Below are positions 35,971 through 45,253 of a stretch of 64,000 bases of DNA, one piece after another. Position numbers and translations under genes: made by a program. Every line of letters begins with the position of its first letter. The stretch's first letter is position 1. Below the pieces are notes generated by a model, which was not told the DNA's origin, ran no database searches, and saw nothing but the letters and a program-made list of their open reading frames with translations. Origin of the DNA: Patescibacteria group bacterium (lineage in GTDB: Bacteria; Patescibacteriota; Microgenomatia; UBA8517); NCBI GenBank assembly GCA_036381415.1, contig DASVCV010000003.1, forward strand, positions 4,162-68,161. Direction: 5' to 3'.

Positions 35971-36447
35971 ATGTACAATATACCTAATATGAAAACTAAC
36001 AGCAAAGCTAAGCCAGTAAGACTATTTAACAAGAGGGCTAAGTTTAACTATGAGCTTGGGAAGAAATATGAGGCTGGAATAGTACTTTCCGGAGGGGAGG
36101 CTAAATCAGTGCGTACTGGGCACTGTGATCTGTCCCGCTCATACGTTAAGATCATGAATAATGAGGCTTATTTAATTAATGCCAATATTCCTGTAGCTGG
36201 GGCTTTAAACTATGACTCAACAAGAACCCGCAAGCTCCTTTTACATAGGTCAGAAATATCAGATATTGAGACTAATCTGAAGCAGAAAAAATTGACTATT
36301 GTGCCTATCAGTGTGTATACTAAGGGACGCTTAATTAAGGCTGAAATAGCCTTGGGTAAGCCCAAAAAGACGTTTGAGAAAAAAGCCTCTATAAAGCAAA
36401 AAGATATCAAAAGGGATATTGAGCGGGAGGCAAGAGTTAAAGAGTAG
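35971..36447 (+). CDS. smpB: SsrA-binding protein
   Basis: NKRAKFNYELGKKYEAGIVLSGGEAKSV... is the SmpB signature. The tmRNA gene follows directly. Confidence 0.9.
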   Translation: MYNIPNMKTNSKAKPVRLFNKRAKFNYELGKKYEAGIVLSGGEAKSVRTGHCDLSRSYVKIMNNEAYLINANIPVAGALNYDSTRTRKLLLHRSEISDIETNLKQKKLTIVPISVYTKGRLIKAEIALGKPKKTFEKKASIKQKDIKRDIEREARVKE

Positions 36448-36452
36448 TTCAT

Positions 36453-36815
36453 GGGGACGATCGGTTTCGACGAGAAGCACTTTAAAAAAACTGCAAGCCA
36501 AGTTTGATTCACACTTGTAAAAAGGGGTCAAAAAATAACAGCTAAATCTAACGATTCAGCTTCAGTTAATCAAAACTTTGTTTTTGCTTAACTGACATCC
36601 TGAGATTTGATTCTCGACCGAATTGAATGGGTGTAAGAAAGATCGAGATATATATTAGTTTTCTGGCTTAGAAACTAATAATGAAAAAATTAAGCCTTAC
36701 TCTAAATTATCCTGTTAGCTGGTAAGATTTAGAGGAAATAAATAATAACTAAACAAGCTTGTAGAGGTTTTTCGAAGCACTTTTACGGACGAGGGTTCAA
36801 TTCCCTCCGTCTCCA
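36453..36815 (+). ncRNA. ssrA: tmRNA (ssrA)
   Basis: 5' GGGGACGAUCGGUUUCGACG and 3' GGACGAGGGUUCAAUUCCCUCCGUCUCCA form a tRNA-like domain. The internal reading frame after AAAAAAUAACA reads GCU AAA UCU AAC GAU UCA GCU UCA GUU AAU CAA AAC UUU GUU UUU GCU UAA, giving tag AKSNDSASVNQNFVFA. Confidence 0.8.
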
Positions 36816-36839
36816 CTAGATTTAAGAAATATTAATTAA

Positions 36840-36867
36840 GAAGCCTAATGGTTGGGCTTCTTTTTTG
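36840..36867 (+). terminator. rho-independent terminator after ssrA
   Basis: gaagcc-uaaugguug-ggcuuc followed by uuuuuug. Confidence 0.5.
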
Positions 36868-37426
36868 TATTTTAGAAATGTTAGAAATAAACTCTTGTCT
36901 TGCCCAGAATGGTCTTTTGACCCCTGATTTGGTGCCTTACAAACACACTCCTATTTTTTCACTTAAAATTAAGGCAGACTGTAAAAAAAGAAACTGTCTG
37001 CCTTCTATTATTGAGGCTTTGGACCTTAGCTATTCTGATCACCCTGTTGCTAAAGATTTACTTTTTAGTCTAAAAAATCCTCAAAATTATGCTTTTAGAG
37101 CTTTCATAAGATCAAACAAAGCCTTGAGGGCAGTAGCTGAATCAGAAGTTGTAAAAGATAATTTAAACAAATTTGGAATTGAAGTGCCACTTACAGAAAT
37201 ATATCAAGGGGATGTGTTTATGCAGATAGGAGGAACTGATTACCTTCCTGATTATTTATGTCCTAAGTGCGATTGTTCTTTAGAAGCCAAAAAGAAAAAG
37301 TCATACCTTGTTGTCTATCACAATAATGGGCTTGAATATAATGGACATGCCTCAGCAGTTAAAATAACTGATGGAGAATCTTTAAAAGATAAAGTATTAG
37401 GTGCTATAGAAGTAATTTGGTCTTAA
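36848..37426 (+). CDS. hypothetical protein (true start probably the internal Met at ~36878)
   Basis: 192-aa ORF. The first 10 codons overlap the ssrA terminator hairpin. Confidence 0.4.
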   Translation: MVGLLFCILEMLEINSCLAQNGLLTPDLVPYKHTPIFSLKIKADCKKRNCLPSIIEALDLSYSDHPVAKDLLFSLKNPQNYAFRAFIRSNKALRAVAESEVVKDNLNKFGIEVPLTEIYQGDVFMQIGGTDYLPDYLCPKCDCSLEAKKKKSYLVVYHNNGLEYNGHASAVKITDGESLKDKVLGAIEVIWS

Positions 37427-37432
37427 ATTAGA

Positions 37433-39361
37433 TCAAAGGTGTTTTATATCAAGGTAAAACAGTTTTGTTCCTGTAAGAAATATAATCTTTTTGTCTTCTT
37501 CTGAAACAACAATTCTTTTTGCTTCCTTTAGCTTGTCAGAAATATACTGGGCTTTAAATACTCCATTTTTATCTACAACTACTACTCTTCCATTTTGACT
37601 ATCTAGGATATAAATATCCTGGGTTTCATCATTGGTAAAAATATCAGTTGGACTGGCAACTGGATTATCCATATTTGAAATAGTAAATTCCTGGGGAGAT
37701 CCAAGAGAAAACTTAAGAACTCTTCCAGAATTAGTAAGCATCCAGATTGATCCATCAATTGCCATTCCCTTAACATTTGATAGATCTGGACTGACTCCGG
37801 CTCCAAACCAGTTTTGCTTGGTTCCAAATGTTCCTCCATCCCCTGCAAATCTCCAAACTATATTTTTTCCTTTTTCTAAAACATAAATATTTCCAGAGTA
37901 AGCAGCTACTAAAGTATCACCATCCCAATCTTTTTTAACTGCTATTTCTGCTTTGTCCCCTACAGTCCAGATTCCATCATCTGAAACAACAAAGTTTCTG
38001 TCTGAATAAACTGCAAGAGCAAGAGCAGTTGGCATGGTGTCAGGACCTGCTGCAATTTCAGCTTTTTTGGTGTCTACTTTAATGCTAATGATAACTTTTT
38101 TACTTTTATCTAGAGCTGCAATTCTTCCTTCTGAAATTCCAATGTCATCTCCAATAAACCCACTGGTTTGAAGAGATAAATCAAAATAAAAATTAGAATC
38201 CTGTCTATAAATACCTGCAATTTTTCCTAACCCACTTGCTATATCTTGTGAGAGAGCTACTAACCTTTCATCTTTTACTCCTTGAGCATTTAAATCATCA
38301 ACTGCTGTTTTTGCTCCAAGAACTAAGTCTCTTGCACGGGATGGATTAAGTGAGGATAAAGAAAGAGATTTTGCTTCTTCAAAATCATGCTGGGCTTGAA
38401 TTAACTTTCCTTCATATTTTGATTTTGAGAATTTTGATGCATTTTGCTTTGCTCCAAAAGCAATGCTTACTGCTAGTAATACAAGAAGTACAAGACCAAT
38501 GGAAACTGCCATTTTCTTTTTGTGAGTGGGAGCAAAATCATTTTCACCTCTTACAAAAATCCTTCTTTCAGGCAGGATTGCAATTGCTTTATCTAAGACT
38601 TTAGCAAGAGATCTTCTAACAGGAGATATTGCTATAGTTGTTGGCTGATATGAATTAATTTTGGGTGAAGGCGGAGCATTTATTTGAAGAGCAGGATTAA
38701 TAGCTACTTTTTGGGAAACAGCTTGTGGCTTTATTTTTACAAGATAAGTGCCAAGGGTTGCAAAATTAGAAGATGAGTGGACTTTGGGTGCTAAGTTTTC
38801 TACAAAAGACTGGTGAGAAGGATTGGCAAGAGAGGCTTGCACAACTTTTAAGGGTGCAAGTTCAAAGAGATTGGTTGTTGTAAAAAGGTATGAATCTTGG
38901 TGGGATATTTTTCCAGATGCTGCAACAACTTTTTCAAAATTTCCTTTAAGTATTTGTCCGAAAGATCCTTTTCTTGAAACAAATGCTGCAACATTTCCTG
39001 AAGCTGCAAGAAAAACTGCATCATCAAGAAAAACTACAGCAAGAAGGCTTAGTTTTTCTTTTTGAGATCCAAATTCTTTAACTACTTGAGAGACTGCATC
39101 TTTTAGTGAAGTAAATGCAGGGCCGGTTTTACCAAAATATTCCTGATTTAATCTTCCTAGAATATTTCTTGCCTCAATTACTTCTTTTGCAAGTCCTGGC
39201 TGAGAGGGAGCTAAACTTTGTCTTTCCATTGAAACAACTGCTATTAAGTGGCCATGGCTTTTAACTAAATTACCTTGAGCTGGTGTGAAATCATGGATTT
39301 GCGCCCAACCACCATTGTTTGGGTGTCCTGTTAGTTTATTTGAGGCAAGTTCAAAGTTCAC
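37433..39361 (-). CDS. single-pass membrane protein with a large C-terminal repeat (beta-propeller-like) ectodomain
   Basis: 642 aa. One central TM (VSIGLVLLVLLAVSIAF). The C-terminal region has repeated hydrophobic/Gly/Asp-rich blocks. Confidence 0.4.
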   Translation of the reverse strand: MNFELASNKLTGHPNNGGWAQIHDFTPAQGNLVKSHGHLIAVVSMERQSLAPSQPGLAKEVIEARNILGRLNQEYFGKTGPAFTSLKDAVSQVVKEFGSQKEKLSLLAVVFLDDAVFLAASGNVAAFVSRKGSFGQILKGNFEKVVAASGKISHQDSYLFTTTNLFELAPLKVVQASLANPSHQSFVENLAPKVHSSSNFATLGTYLVKIKPQAVSQKVAINPALQINAPPSPKINSYQPTTIAISPVRRSLAKVLDKAIAILPERRIFVRGENDFAPTHKKKMAVSIGLVLLVLLAVSIAFGAKQNASKFSKSKYEGKLIQAQHDFEEAKSLSLSSLNPSRARDLVLGAKTAVDDLNAQGVKDERLVALSQDIASGLGKIAGIYRQDSNFYFDLSLQTSGFIGDDIGISEGRIAALDKSKKVIISIKVDTKKAEIAAGPDTMPTALALAVYSDRNFVVSDDGIWTVGDKAEIAVKKDWDGDTLVAAYSGNIYVLEKGKNIVWRFAGDGGTFGTKQNWFGAGVSPDLSNVKGMAIDGSIWMLTNSGRVLKFSLGSPQEFTISNMDNPVASPTDIFTNDETQDIYILDSQNGRVVVVDKNGVFKAQYISDKLKEAKRIVVSEEDKKIIFLTGTKLFYLDIKHL

Positions 39362-39591
39362 AATATTAGAAAAGCAATTACTAGAACGCCAAGAGCAAAA
39401 AGGAAATGCAGGTAGGCAAGAACTTTTACTGGAATTTCAAAACTTAAATCAAGAGTGTCAGTCATAATATTTACCTGCTTAATTACAACAAGGGCAAAAA
39501 TAAGGTATATAACTAAGGCAATCAAGAAAAAGATTTTGACTATTATCCAAATGGATGTACCTATTAAAGGAATTGTTTCCATATTATTCAA
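39358..39591 (-). CDS. small two-TM membrane protein
   Basis: 77 aa, strongly hydrophobic. Confidence 0.3.
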   Translation of the reverse strand: MNNMETIPLIGTSIWIIVKIFFLIALVIYLIFALVVIKQVNIMTDTLDLSFEIPVKVLAYLHFLFALGVLVIAFLIL

Positions 39592-40270
39592 CCTTCATTC
39601 TAAGCTCAGAAAGGATTCTTCCAATCCTGTCTGGGTGCGGTACTGCATCAAAAGTTACTTCTGGGATTTCAGCAGCTGTTTGAATTATTAAATCTCCATA
39701 ATCAAAAAGAGTTCTAATGACAGATCCCATTTGGACTGTTGCATCTTCAATATGAGTAATTTCTGCATCTGTTATTTTTCTGTATATTAAATTTTCAAAA
39801 TCAACATCCACTACCCTTTTGGTTGTAATTATATTTACTGTAAAAAACCAAGTTAAAAATCCCTGGATGAAAATAACAAGGTCAAGAAGGTACCAACCAA
39901 GAATTGCAACTTCTTGAAATCTAAATGGTAAAAAATCAAGAAGTGGAAAAGAAGAAAGGACTAAAGGAGCAAATGCCATGACTATTACTAATAAAATCCA
40001 AGGAATGTTTGTAATTGGATGACGGCGCACAAGAAGAATTACTTTTTCATCAGGCTCTTGTTCACTAAAAGAAACTCCATGAGGGTAGAAAGAAAATGCT
40101 GCAAAAGGGTTATGAGTGTGACCTTTTAAATCCTCAAGATGATCAGGGTGAGATGGATCAGGTGGAACAATACTTTCAGGACCATTTGTCTTTAAAGAGA
40201 CTTTTGGTTCAGCAACTGTCGGAGCAGAAGATTTTTTCTTGGGTTTTTTGGATATAAAAACATCTGGCAT
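39584..40270 (-). CDS. YdbT/DUF304-like membrane protein with bacterial PH domain
   Basis: 2 TM helices plus ...IITTKRVVDVDFENLIYRKITDAEITHIEDATVQMGSVIRTLFDYGDLIIQTAAE, matching the bPH_2 pattern. Confidence 0.5.
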   Translation of the reverse strand: MPDVFISKKPKKKSSAPTVAEPKVSLKTNGPESIVPPDPSHPDHLEDLKGHTHNPFAAFSFYPHGVSFSEQEPDEKVILLVRRHPITNIPWILLVIVMAFAPLVLSSFPLLDFLPFRFQEVAILGWYLLDLVIFIQGFLTWFFTVNIITTKRVVDVDFENLIYRKITDAEITHIEDATVQMGSVIRTLFDYGDLIIQTAAEIPEVTFDAVPHPDRIGRILSELRMKVE

Positions 40271-40357
40271 TTCACAATGATTGTATCATTTTGAACTTAA
40301 ATTTTAAATGAGTGTACAAAAATTAATGCAACACTTCAAAGAGTACAAACTGAGCAA

Positions 40358-42049
40358 TTAAAGTTTTTCTATATTAAAAAGAGAACTTTTTAAACCAATA
40401 TATCCTGGAGCTCTTAAATTGAATGCTTTTTTAAAGTCATCTCCTGATATAGTTACGCTTCCTTTATTGGTTGAAAAGGTAACTGATTGAGTTGATCCAT
40501 CATTTCCATATATAACTGAGACTCCACTTACACTGGTAAACCCGCCTAATCCTGACAACTCAGAGACAGAATATGGATTTCCTCCCCAACAATCAGTGTC
40601 AGTTGGAGAAATACGGCTTTGATCTCCCCCTCCCTGGGTCAAAACAACATTGGCATTTAGAATATCTGCCAATTGTTCTGATGTTAACCAAGGATTGCTT
40701 TTACCGCAGGTGGCACCTGAACGAGATTTATACCAGCCTTTGTAAAACCAAGGAGATCCACCTACTTTTTCATATGCAGTGTCTGGCCAAGAACCTGGTG
40801 CGTCTTTAATTCCAGACCAGCCCCATTGGGAAATTGTCCAACCCCCTGCAGTTGAAGCATAAAAAGCGGGTGCAGGAGATCCACCTTTAAGAAGAACTAC
40901 TCCTCTTGTTGCATTTACTGCATCTTTCCATTTGCCTGTTTTTAGAGCTGGCTTATAGACTTGGCAGGATTCATCGGTACAAATTGATCTTGCTCCATTT
41001 CCTGTTGCATACAAAGAATAGGTGCGGGCTGCAATTGCCTGGGCTTTAAGAGCTTCAAAACCACCTGAATCTCCCCAGGATTCAGGAATTTCATATATTC
41101 CCATTAAATAGTTGTCTTCAAAAGAAACTGTTCCAATCCCTGCAACAGTTATGTTTGCAGGTTCTGCATACCCTGTTGCAAGCTGAGATCCCTGATAGTA
41201 GGCAGAAAGAATATCTTGATATGATTGGCCGGCTTTACTTCTTCCATATGCTCCATATTGGCTCATACCGGTTCTATGAGGAGCTCCAAAAGAAAAGGCT
41301 GCAAAGGCAGGACGAAATCCTGGATCACAAAAGTTTGAAGAGTTTGGAGATCCTGAACAGGGCTCTAAAGTATCAGGAGTTTCTCCAACTGAAGTTTGAA
41401 ATCCTCCTGCTTTTAAGGCTGCTAGTTCCTGCTGCTTTGCTGACAGCTCACCAAGGTAACTATCCACTTTTGCTACCTCACTTGCTAGAAACTTTGCTCT
41501 TTCATCTACTTTTGATTGAAGAGAGGCTAAACTAGCTTTATTTTTTTCTAAATTGTCTTTATCTTTTTTAAGATTACTTAAATCAACAGCGTATTTATCA
41601 ATTGCAAGTCTGTCTTCATCAGCAGCACGCTGCCTAAAAATTAACTCTCTAAAGACAGTTGATGCATCACTTGCTGAGAAAAATGGAGCAATGGGATCAT
41701 ATGTACGAAGGAATTTGTAATGGTTTGCAGTTTTTTCTTCAAAGATTTTTCGGGTAAAAGCTAAATCCTCTTCCCTACCCTCAATCTGGGAGGCAAGATC
41801 ATCTAATTGACTAGAAAGACCTAAAATTCTATTTTTAAGATCTGCAAGTTGGGAGTTAAGGCCTGATAATTCTTTTTTGTTATTTTCTTGAGCAGGAGTT
41901 AAGGCATCTATTTCTCTTTGGATTTTTTGGATTTGACAGTCTAGGTCTGCCCCACAATCTTGTGCTTTAACTAAAGAAATGGAGAAAAAAAGTATTAAAG
42001 AAAATGAGAGCAAAAAAAGAAATAAACGTATGGGCTTAGGAAATTTCAT
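40358..42049 (-). CDS. SpoIID/LytB-domain protein with N-terminal signal peptide and long coiled coil
   Basis: Signal/TM, ~200 aa of heptad-rich coiled coil (similar in layout to PcsB/CwlO), C-terminal SpoIID/LytB block (ALKAQAIAARTYSLYA..., GWTISQWGW). Confidence 0.7.
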   Translation of the reverse strand: MKFPKPIRLFLFLLSFSLILFFSISLVKAQDCGADLDCQIQKIQREIDALTPAQENNKKELSGLNSQLADLKNRILGLSSQLDDLASQIEGREEDLAFTRKIFEEKTANHYKFLRTYDPIAPFFSASDASTVFRELIFRQRAADEDRLAIDKYAVDLSNLKKDKDNLEKNKASLASLQSKVDERAKFLASEVAKVDSYLGELSAKQQELAALKAGGFQTSVGETPDTLEPCSGSPNSSNFCDPGFRPAFAAFSFGAPHRTGMSQYGAYGRSKAGQSYQDILSAYYQGSQLATGYAEPANITVAGIGTVSFEDNYLMGIYEIPESWGDSGGFEALKAQAIAARTYSLYATGNGARSICTDESCQVYKPALKTGKWKDAVNATRGVVLLKGGSPAPAFYASTAGGWTISQWGWSGIKDAPGSWPDTAYEKVGGSPWFYKGWYKSRSGATCGKSNPWLTSEQLADILNANVVLTQGGGDQSRISPTDTDCWGGNPYSVSELSGLGGFTSVSGVSVIYGNDGSTQSVTFSTNKGSVTISGDDFKKAFNLRAPGYIGLKSSLFNIEKL

Positions 42050-42103
42050 TGCTTTTACATTATACCAGTCATTTTCTCTATTGGTTGTGATAAAATTTAA
42101 TGA

Positions 42104-42706
42104 ATGAGAAAATTTTTTTGGTTGGGTTTTGTTTTTTTGCTTTTGGGCCTAATATTTCCCCTCAGCGTAAGAGCTGCAGACTGTTATGAGTCTAACGTTC
42201 AACCTGGCTACAATGCCTGTATTAATTCATCAGGCCATAATAGTTGCGGGAAGGGAGCTGATGGTTTAGATGTATGCTGCAATCCTGGCATAATTGTTTG
42301 CCCGCCCGATACAGCTAAAGGCAAAACACAGGATCCACACCAAACTGTTGGTACAGAATACACAGGCATAACTTGTGGAACAGATGGAGAAGGAATAAAC
42401 ACAGCCATTGGTTGCATCCCATTTGGTGATTCAACTAAATTGATTTCATTTTTCCTTGGATGGGGTATGGGAATTGCAGGAGGAATTGCATTTTTATTGA
42501 TACTTTTTGCAGGTTTTCAAATTATGACATCTAGGGGAGATCCCAACAGACTTAAGGCTGGACAAGAGCTACTTACTTCTGCAATTGCCGGACTAATTTT
42601 ACTAATATTTTCTATATTTATACTAAGAGTGATTGGAGTTGATATACTACAAATAAAGGAAATAAGTACAAGTACATCAACACAAACAACAGGAGGTAAA
42701 CAGTAA
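42104..42706 (+). CDS. Cys-rich extracellular domain fused to a VirB2/TrbC-like pilin module
   Basis: Signal peptide, about 12 Cys in the first 100 aa, then FFLGWGMGIAGGIAFLLILFAGFQIMTSRGDPNRLKAGQELLTSAIAGLILLIFSIFIL. This helix-loop(GDP)-helix unit is shared with the seven downstream small genes. Confidence 0.5.
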   Translation: MRKFFWLGFVFLLLGLIFPLSVRAADCYESNVQPGYNACINSSGHNSCGKGADGLDVCCNPGIIVCPPDTAKGKTQDPHQTVGTEYTGITCGTDGEGINTAIGCIPFGDSTKLISFFLGWGMGIAGGIAFLLILFAGFQIMTSRGDPNRLKAGQELLTSAIAGLILLIFSIFILRVIGVDILQIKEISTSTSTQTTGGKQ

Positions 42707-43029
42707 TGACCACAAAACTAGCACAAATTGACTTTAACGCACTACAAAATGCAAATGGAGGGACTTTTCAGCCAACTAGTATTGGAGACTTAATCTCCAG
42801 GCTTCTTCCGTATCTTTTTACAATAGCGGGGTTAGTACTGCTTCTTTATCTTATATTTGGGGGTCTTCAACTTATGCTTTCAGGCGGAGATCCTAAAGGA
42901 GCTGCTTCTGCAAAAGCACATATTACAAATGCGTTGATTGGCTTTGTAATAATTTTTATTGCTTTTTGGGCAGTACAGATATTTGGAGCAGTATTGGGAC
43001 TAAAAGGTATAACTGCAATATTTAGATAA
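42706..43029 (+). CDS. VirB2/TrbC-like pilin paralog 2
   Basis: 107 aa with two hydrophobic helices flanking LSGGDPKGAASAKAHITNALIGFVIIFIAFWAVQI. Confidence 0.5.
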   Translation: MTTKLAQIDFNALQNANGGTFQPTSIGDLISRLLPYLFTIAGLVLLLYLIFGGLQLMLSGGDPKGAASAKAHITNALIGFVIIFIAFWAVQIFGAVLGLKGITAIFR

Positions 43030-43078
43030 ATTAGGCTCTTTTCATTGCTATATAGTAGAGAGGTTGATAAAATAAGGT

Positions 43079-43384
43079 GTGAATTACTTAGCGGTTAACA
43101 TTGGAAGTCAGTTTGGCTCTCCATTTGGAGTTACAAACACACTTGGAGATCTTGTTTCACTTCTTTTAAAAGCATCTTTTACAATTGCAGGGCTTTTAAT
43201 TTTATTTTTTATAGCTTTTGCTGGATTTCAGATGATTGCTGGAGCAGGGAGTGGAAATCCAGAATCTGCTAAAAAAGGAAGAGAGGCAGCAACTGCAGCA
43301 GTTCTTGGATTTGTAATTATATTTGTGGCATACTGGATAGTAAGGATTATTGAGATCATTACAGGATTAAGATTAATATCATAA
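43079..43384 (+). CDS. VirB2/TrbC-like pilin paralog 3
   Basis: 101 aa. ...FQMIAGAGSGNPESAKKGREAATAAVLGFVIIFVAYWIVRII. Confidence 0.5.
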   Translation: MNYLAVNIGSQFGSPFGVTNTLGDLVSLLLKASFTIAGLLILFFIAFAGFQMIAGAGSGNPESAKKGREAATAAVLGFVIIFVAYWIVRIIEIITGLRLIS

Positions 43385-43386
43385 AA

Positions 43387-43746
43387 ATGAAATTTTTAGC
43401 ACAAGCTGATAACATCTTTGGAACAGTCACCCCACCTTCCCCACTTGCTGCTGGAGGTAAATTTGACTTATTAAATGGTGGAATTGGAAATTTTTTAAAT
43501 TTGATTTTAAAACTTTTAATTGTGGGTGGTGGAATTTATGCTCTATTTAATTTGGTTTTAGCTGGGTATGCATTTATGTCAGCTGGAGATGATCCTAAAA
43601 AGATGGAGGGGGCAACCGCTAAAATCTGGCAAACTGCAATTGGACTTGTTTTTATGGCAGGGGCTTTTGTACTGGCAGCAATATTTGGACTATTAATTTT
43701 TGGAAGGGCAGATGCGATACTTAATCCAAGTATTCCTACGATTTAA
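43387..43746 (+). CDS. VirB2/TrbC-like pilin paralog 4
   Basis: 119 aa. ...AFMSAGDDPKKMEGATAKIWQTAIGLVFMAGAFVLAAIFG. Confidence 0.5.
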   Translation: MKFLAQADNIFGTVTPPSPLAAGGKFDLLNGGIGNFLNLILKLLIVGGGIYALFNLVLAGYAFMSAGDDPKKMEGATAKIWQTAIGLVFMAGAFVLAAIFGLLIFGRADAILNPSIPTI

Positions 43747-43752
43747 TTAATT

Positions 43753-44109
43753 ATGAAAAACTTGCTATCTGATATAAATATAGGACCCCTTCAAGGGGTG
43801 GGTCCTCTTGGGACGGGAATTAGTGATGCTAATGCTGCAACTAAGTTTAACGATGTCATATCCAAAATAATTGGAGTTATGACAGTTGTTGCTTTTATAT
43901 GGTTTACTTTTCAAGTTGTAATGGGAGCCATAAGAATTGTTACATCTGGTGGAGATAAAGGAGCATTAGAGGGAGCAAGAAAACAAATTACAACAGGCAT
44001 CATCGGGTTGGTTGTAGTTGTTGCAGCAATATTTATAGTAAAGCTATTAGGAACACTTCTTGGAATTCCCGATATTCTTAACCCAACAACAATTTTAAAT
44101 ACAAAATGA
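43753..44109 (+). CDS. VirB2/TrbC-like pilin paralog 5
   Basis: 118 aa. ...IRIVTSGGDKGALEGARKQITTGIIGLVVVVAAIFIVKLLG. Confidence 0.5.
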   Translation: MKNLLSDINIGPLQGVGPLGTGISDANAATKFNDVISKIIGVMTVVAFIWFTFQVVMGAIRIVTSGGDKGALEGARKQITTGIIGLVVVVAAIFIVKLLGTLLGIPDILNPTTILNTK

Positions 44110-44450
44110 AAAACAAATTACTAGCTGCTGATTCCATAAGTAATCCCGCACTTGGCAATCTTAATACCAATTCTGGTGTTACTTTTTTCCAAAAACTTAT
44201 TCCCTCTTTAATAGGACTTGCTTTTGTTGCAGGAGTTTTAATATTTTTTTTCATGCTTTTATTGGGAGCAATTCAATGGATAACTTCAGGTGGAGATAAG
44301 GGAGCTTTAGAGGGAGCAAAAGGAAGACTAACCAATGCTTTGATAGGAATAATTGTGCTTTTTGCGGTTTTTGCTATAATAAAACTTATTGAAGGGTTTT
44401 TTGGCATATCAATATTGACACTTGACATAGGACCTTTGATAATTAAATAA
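44106..44450 (+). CDS. VirB2/TrbC-like pilin paralog 6
   Basis: 114 aa. ...IQWITSGGDKGALEGAKGRLTNALIGIIVLFAVFAIIKLIEG. The start overlaps the previous stop. Confidence 0.5.
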   Translation: MKNKLLAADSISNPALGNLNTNSGVTFFQKLIPSLIGLAFVAGVLIFFFMLLLGAIQWITSGGDKGALEGAKGRLTNALIGIIVLFAVFAIIKLIEGFFGISILTLDIGPLIIK

Positions 44451-44456
44451 TAAATT

Positions 44457-44849
44457 ATGTTGAATAGATTATTAGCAGCAACTAATCCAACCTCAGGTGC
44501 TGATAAAACCATAAACATTGCTCCTGGTGGTGGTGGAGAAGCTCAATTTGGTGCTTTAAAGGATATAACCATTGGAGGTCTTATTTCAGGGGCAATTTCA
44601 CTTGCCCTTTTGGTTGCAGCAGTTGTTTTCTTCTTCATGTTGGTAATTGGAGGCATTAAATGGATAACTTCAGGTGGAGATAAAGGACAAACTGAAGCTG
44701 CAAGAAGCCAAATTACAGCTGCATTGGTCGGGCTTGTAATAGTATTTGCTGCTTGGGCAATTGCACAGTTAATTTCAAGCTTGTTCGGTATTACAATCTT
44801 TAGCGGATCTTTCCAACTTCCCACTTTTACAAGTGGAGCTGCAAAATAA
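44457..44849 (+). CDS. VirB2/TrbC-like pilin paralog 7
   Basis: 130 aa. ...IKWITSGGDKGQTEAARSQITAALVGLVIVFAAWAIAQLISS. Confidence 0.5.
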   Translation: MLNRLLAATNPTSGADKTINIAPGGGGEAQFGALKDITIGGLISGAISLALLVAAVVFFFMLVIGGIKWITSGGDKGQTEAARSQITAALVGLVIVFAAWAIAQLISSLFGITIFSGSFQLPTFTSGAAK

Positions 44850-44893
44850 ATAATTGGTTGCTTCAAAGATTGTGTTGAGATAAACTTACATTA

Positions 44894-45211
44894 ATGGGTT
44901 TAGTTAAAACTGTTTATGCACAAGGTACTGGTGCTCCCCCGGCACAGCTATCTGGATTAGAAGGTATTTTTTCAAACATTATTTCTCTTGCAATTGGTTT
45001 TGCTGGAATTGCTTTTTTTGTAATGTTTCTTGTTGGAGGATTTCAATATCTAACTGCAGGTGGAAACCCTCAACAAGCAGAGGGGGCAAAGAAAACTTTA
45101 ACTTATGCAATTTTTGGGCTTGTCTTTATTGCACTTGCTTATCTTATATTAAGATTCATTGCATCTTTAACTGGAGTGGACAGCATTCTTAACTTTAAAA
45201 TTTCTCAATAA
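44894..45211 (+). CDS. VirB2/TrbC-like pilin paralog 8
   Basis: 105 aa. ...FQYLTAGGNPQQAEGAKKTLTYAIFGLVFIALAYLILRFIAS. Confidence 0.5.
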   Translation: MGLVKTVYAQGTGAPPAQLSGLEGIFSNIISLAIGFAGIAFFVMFLVGGFQYLTAGGNPQQAEGAKKTLTYAIFGLVFIALAYLILRFIASLTGVDSILNFKISQ

Positions 45212-45253
45212 CTACTATTCTGACACTTCTGCCTTTGCTATATAATTAAGATC

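Noticed and set aside
36210-36531. ORFs 36210..36512 and 36331..36531 on the minus strand
   Set aside because: They overlap smpB and the tmRNA gene on the opposite strand. They are accidental ORFs in a structured-RNA region.
42706-45211. Whether the small pilin-like genes are type IV (PilA-type) pilins
   Set aside because: None has the prepilin-peptidase G|F(T/S)LIE N-terminal motif. They show the two-helix VirB2/TrbC-like hairpin with a central SGGD loop.
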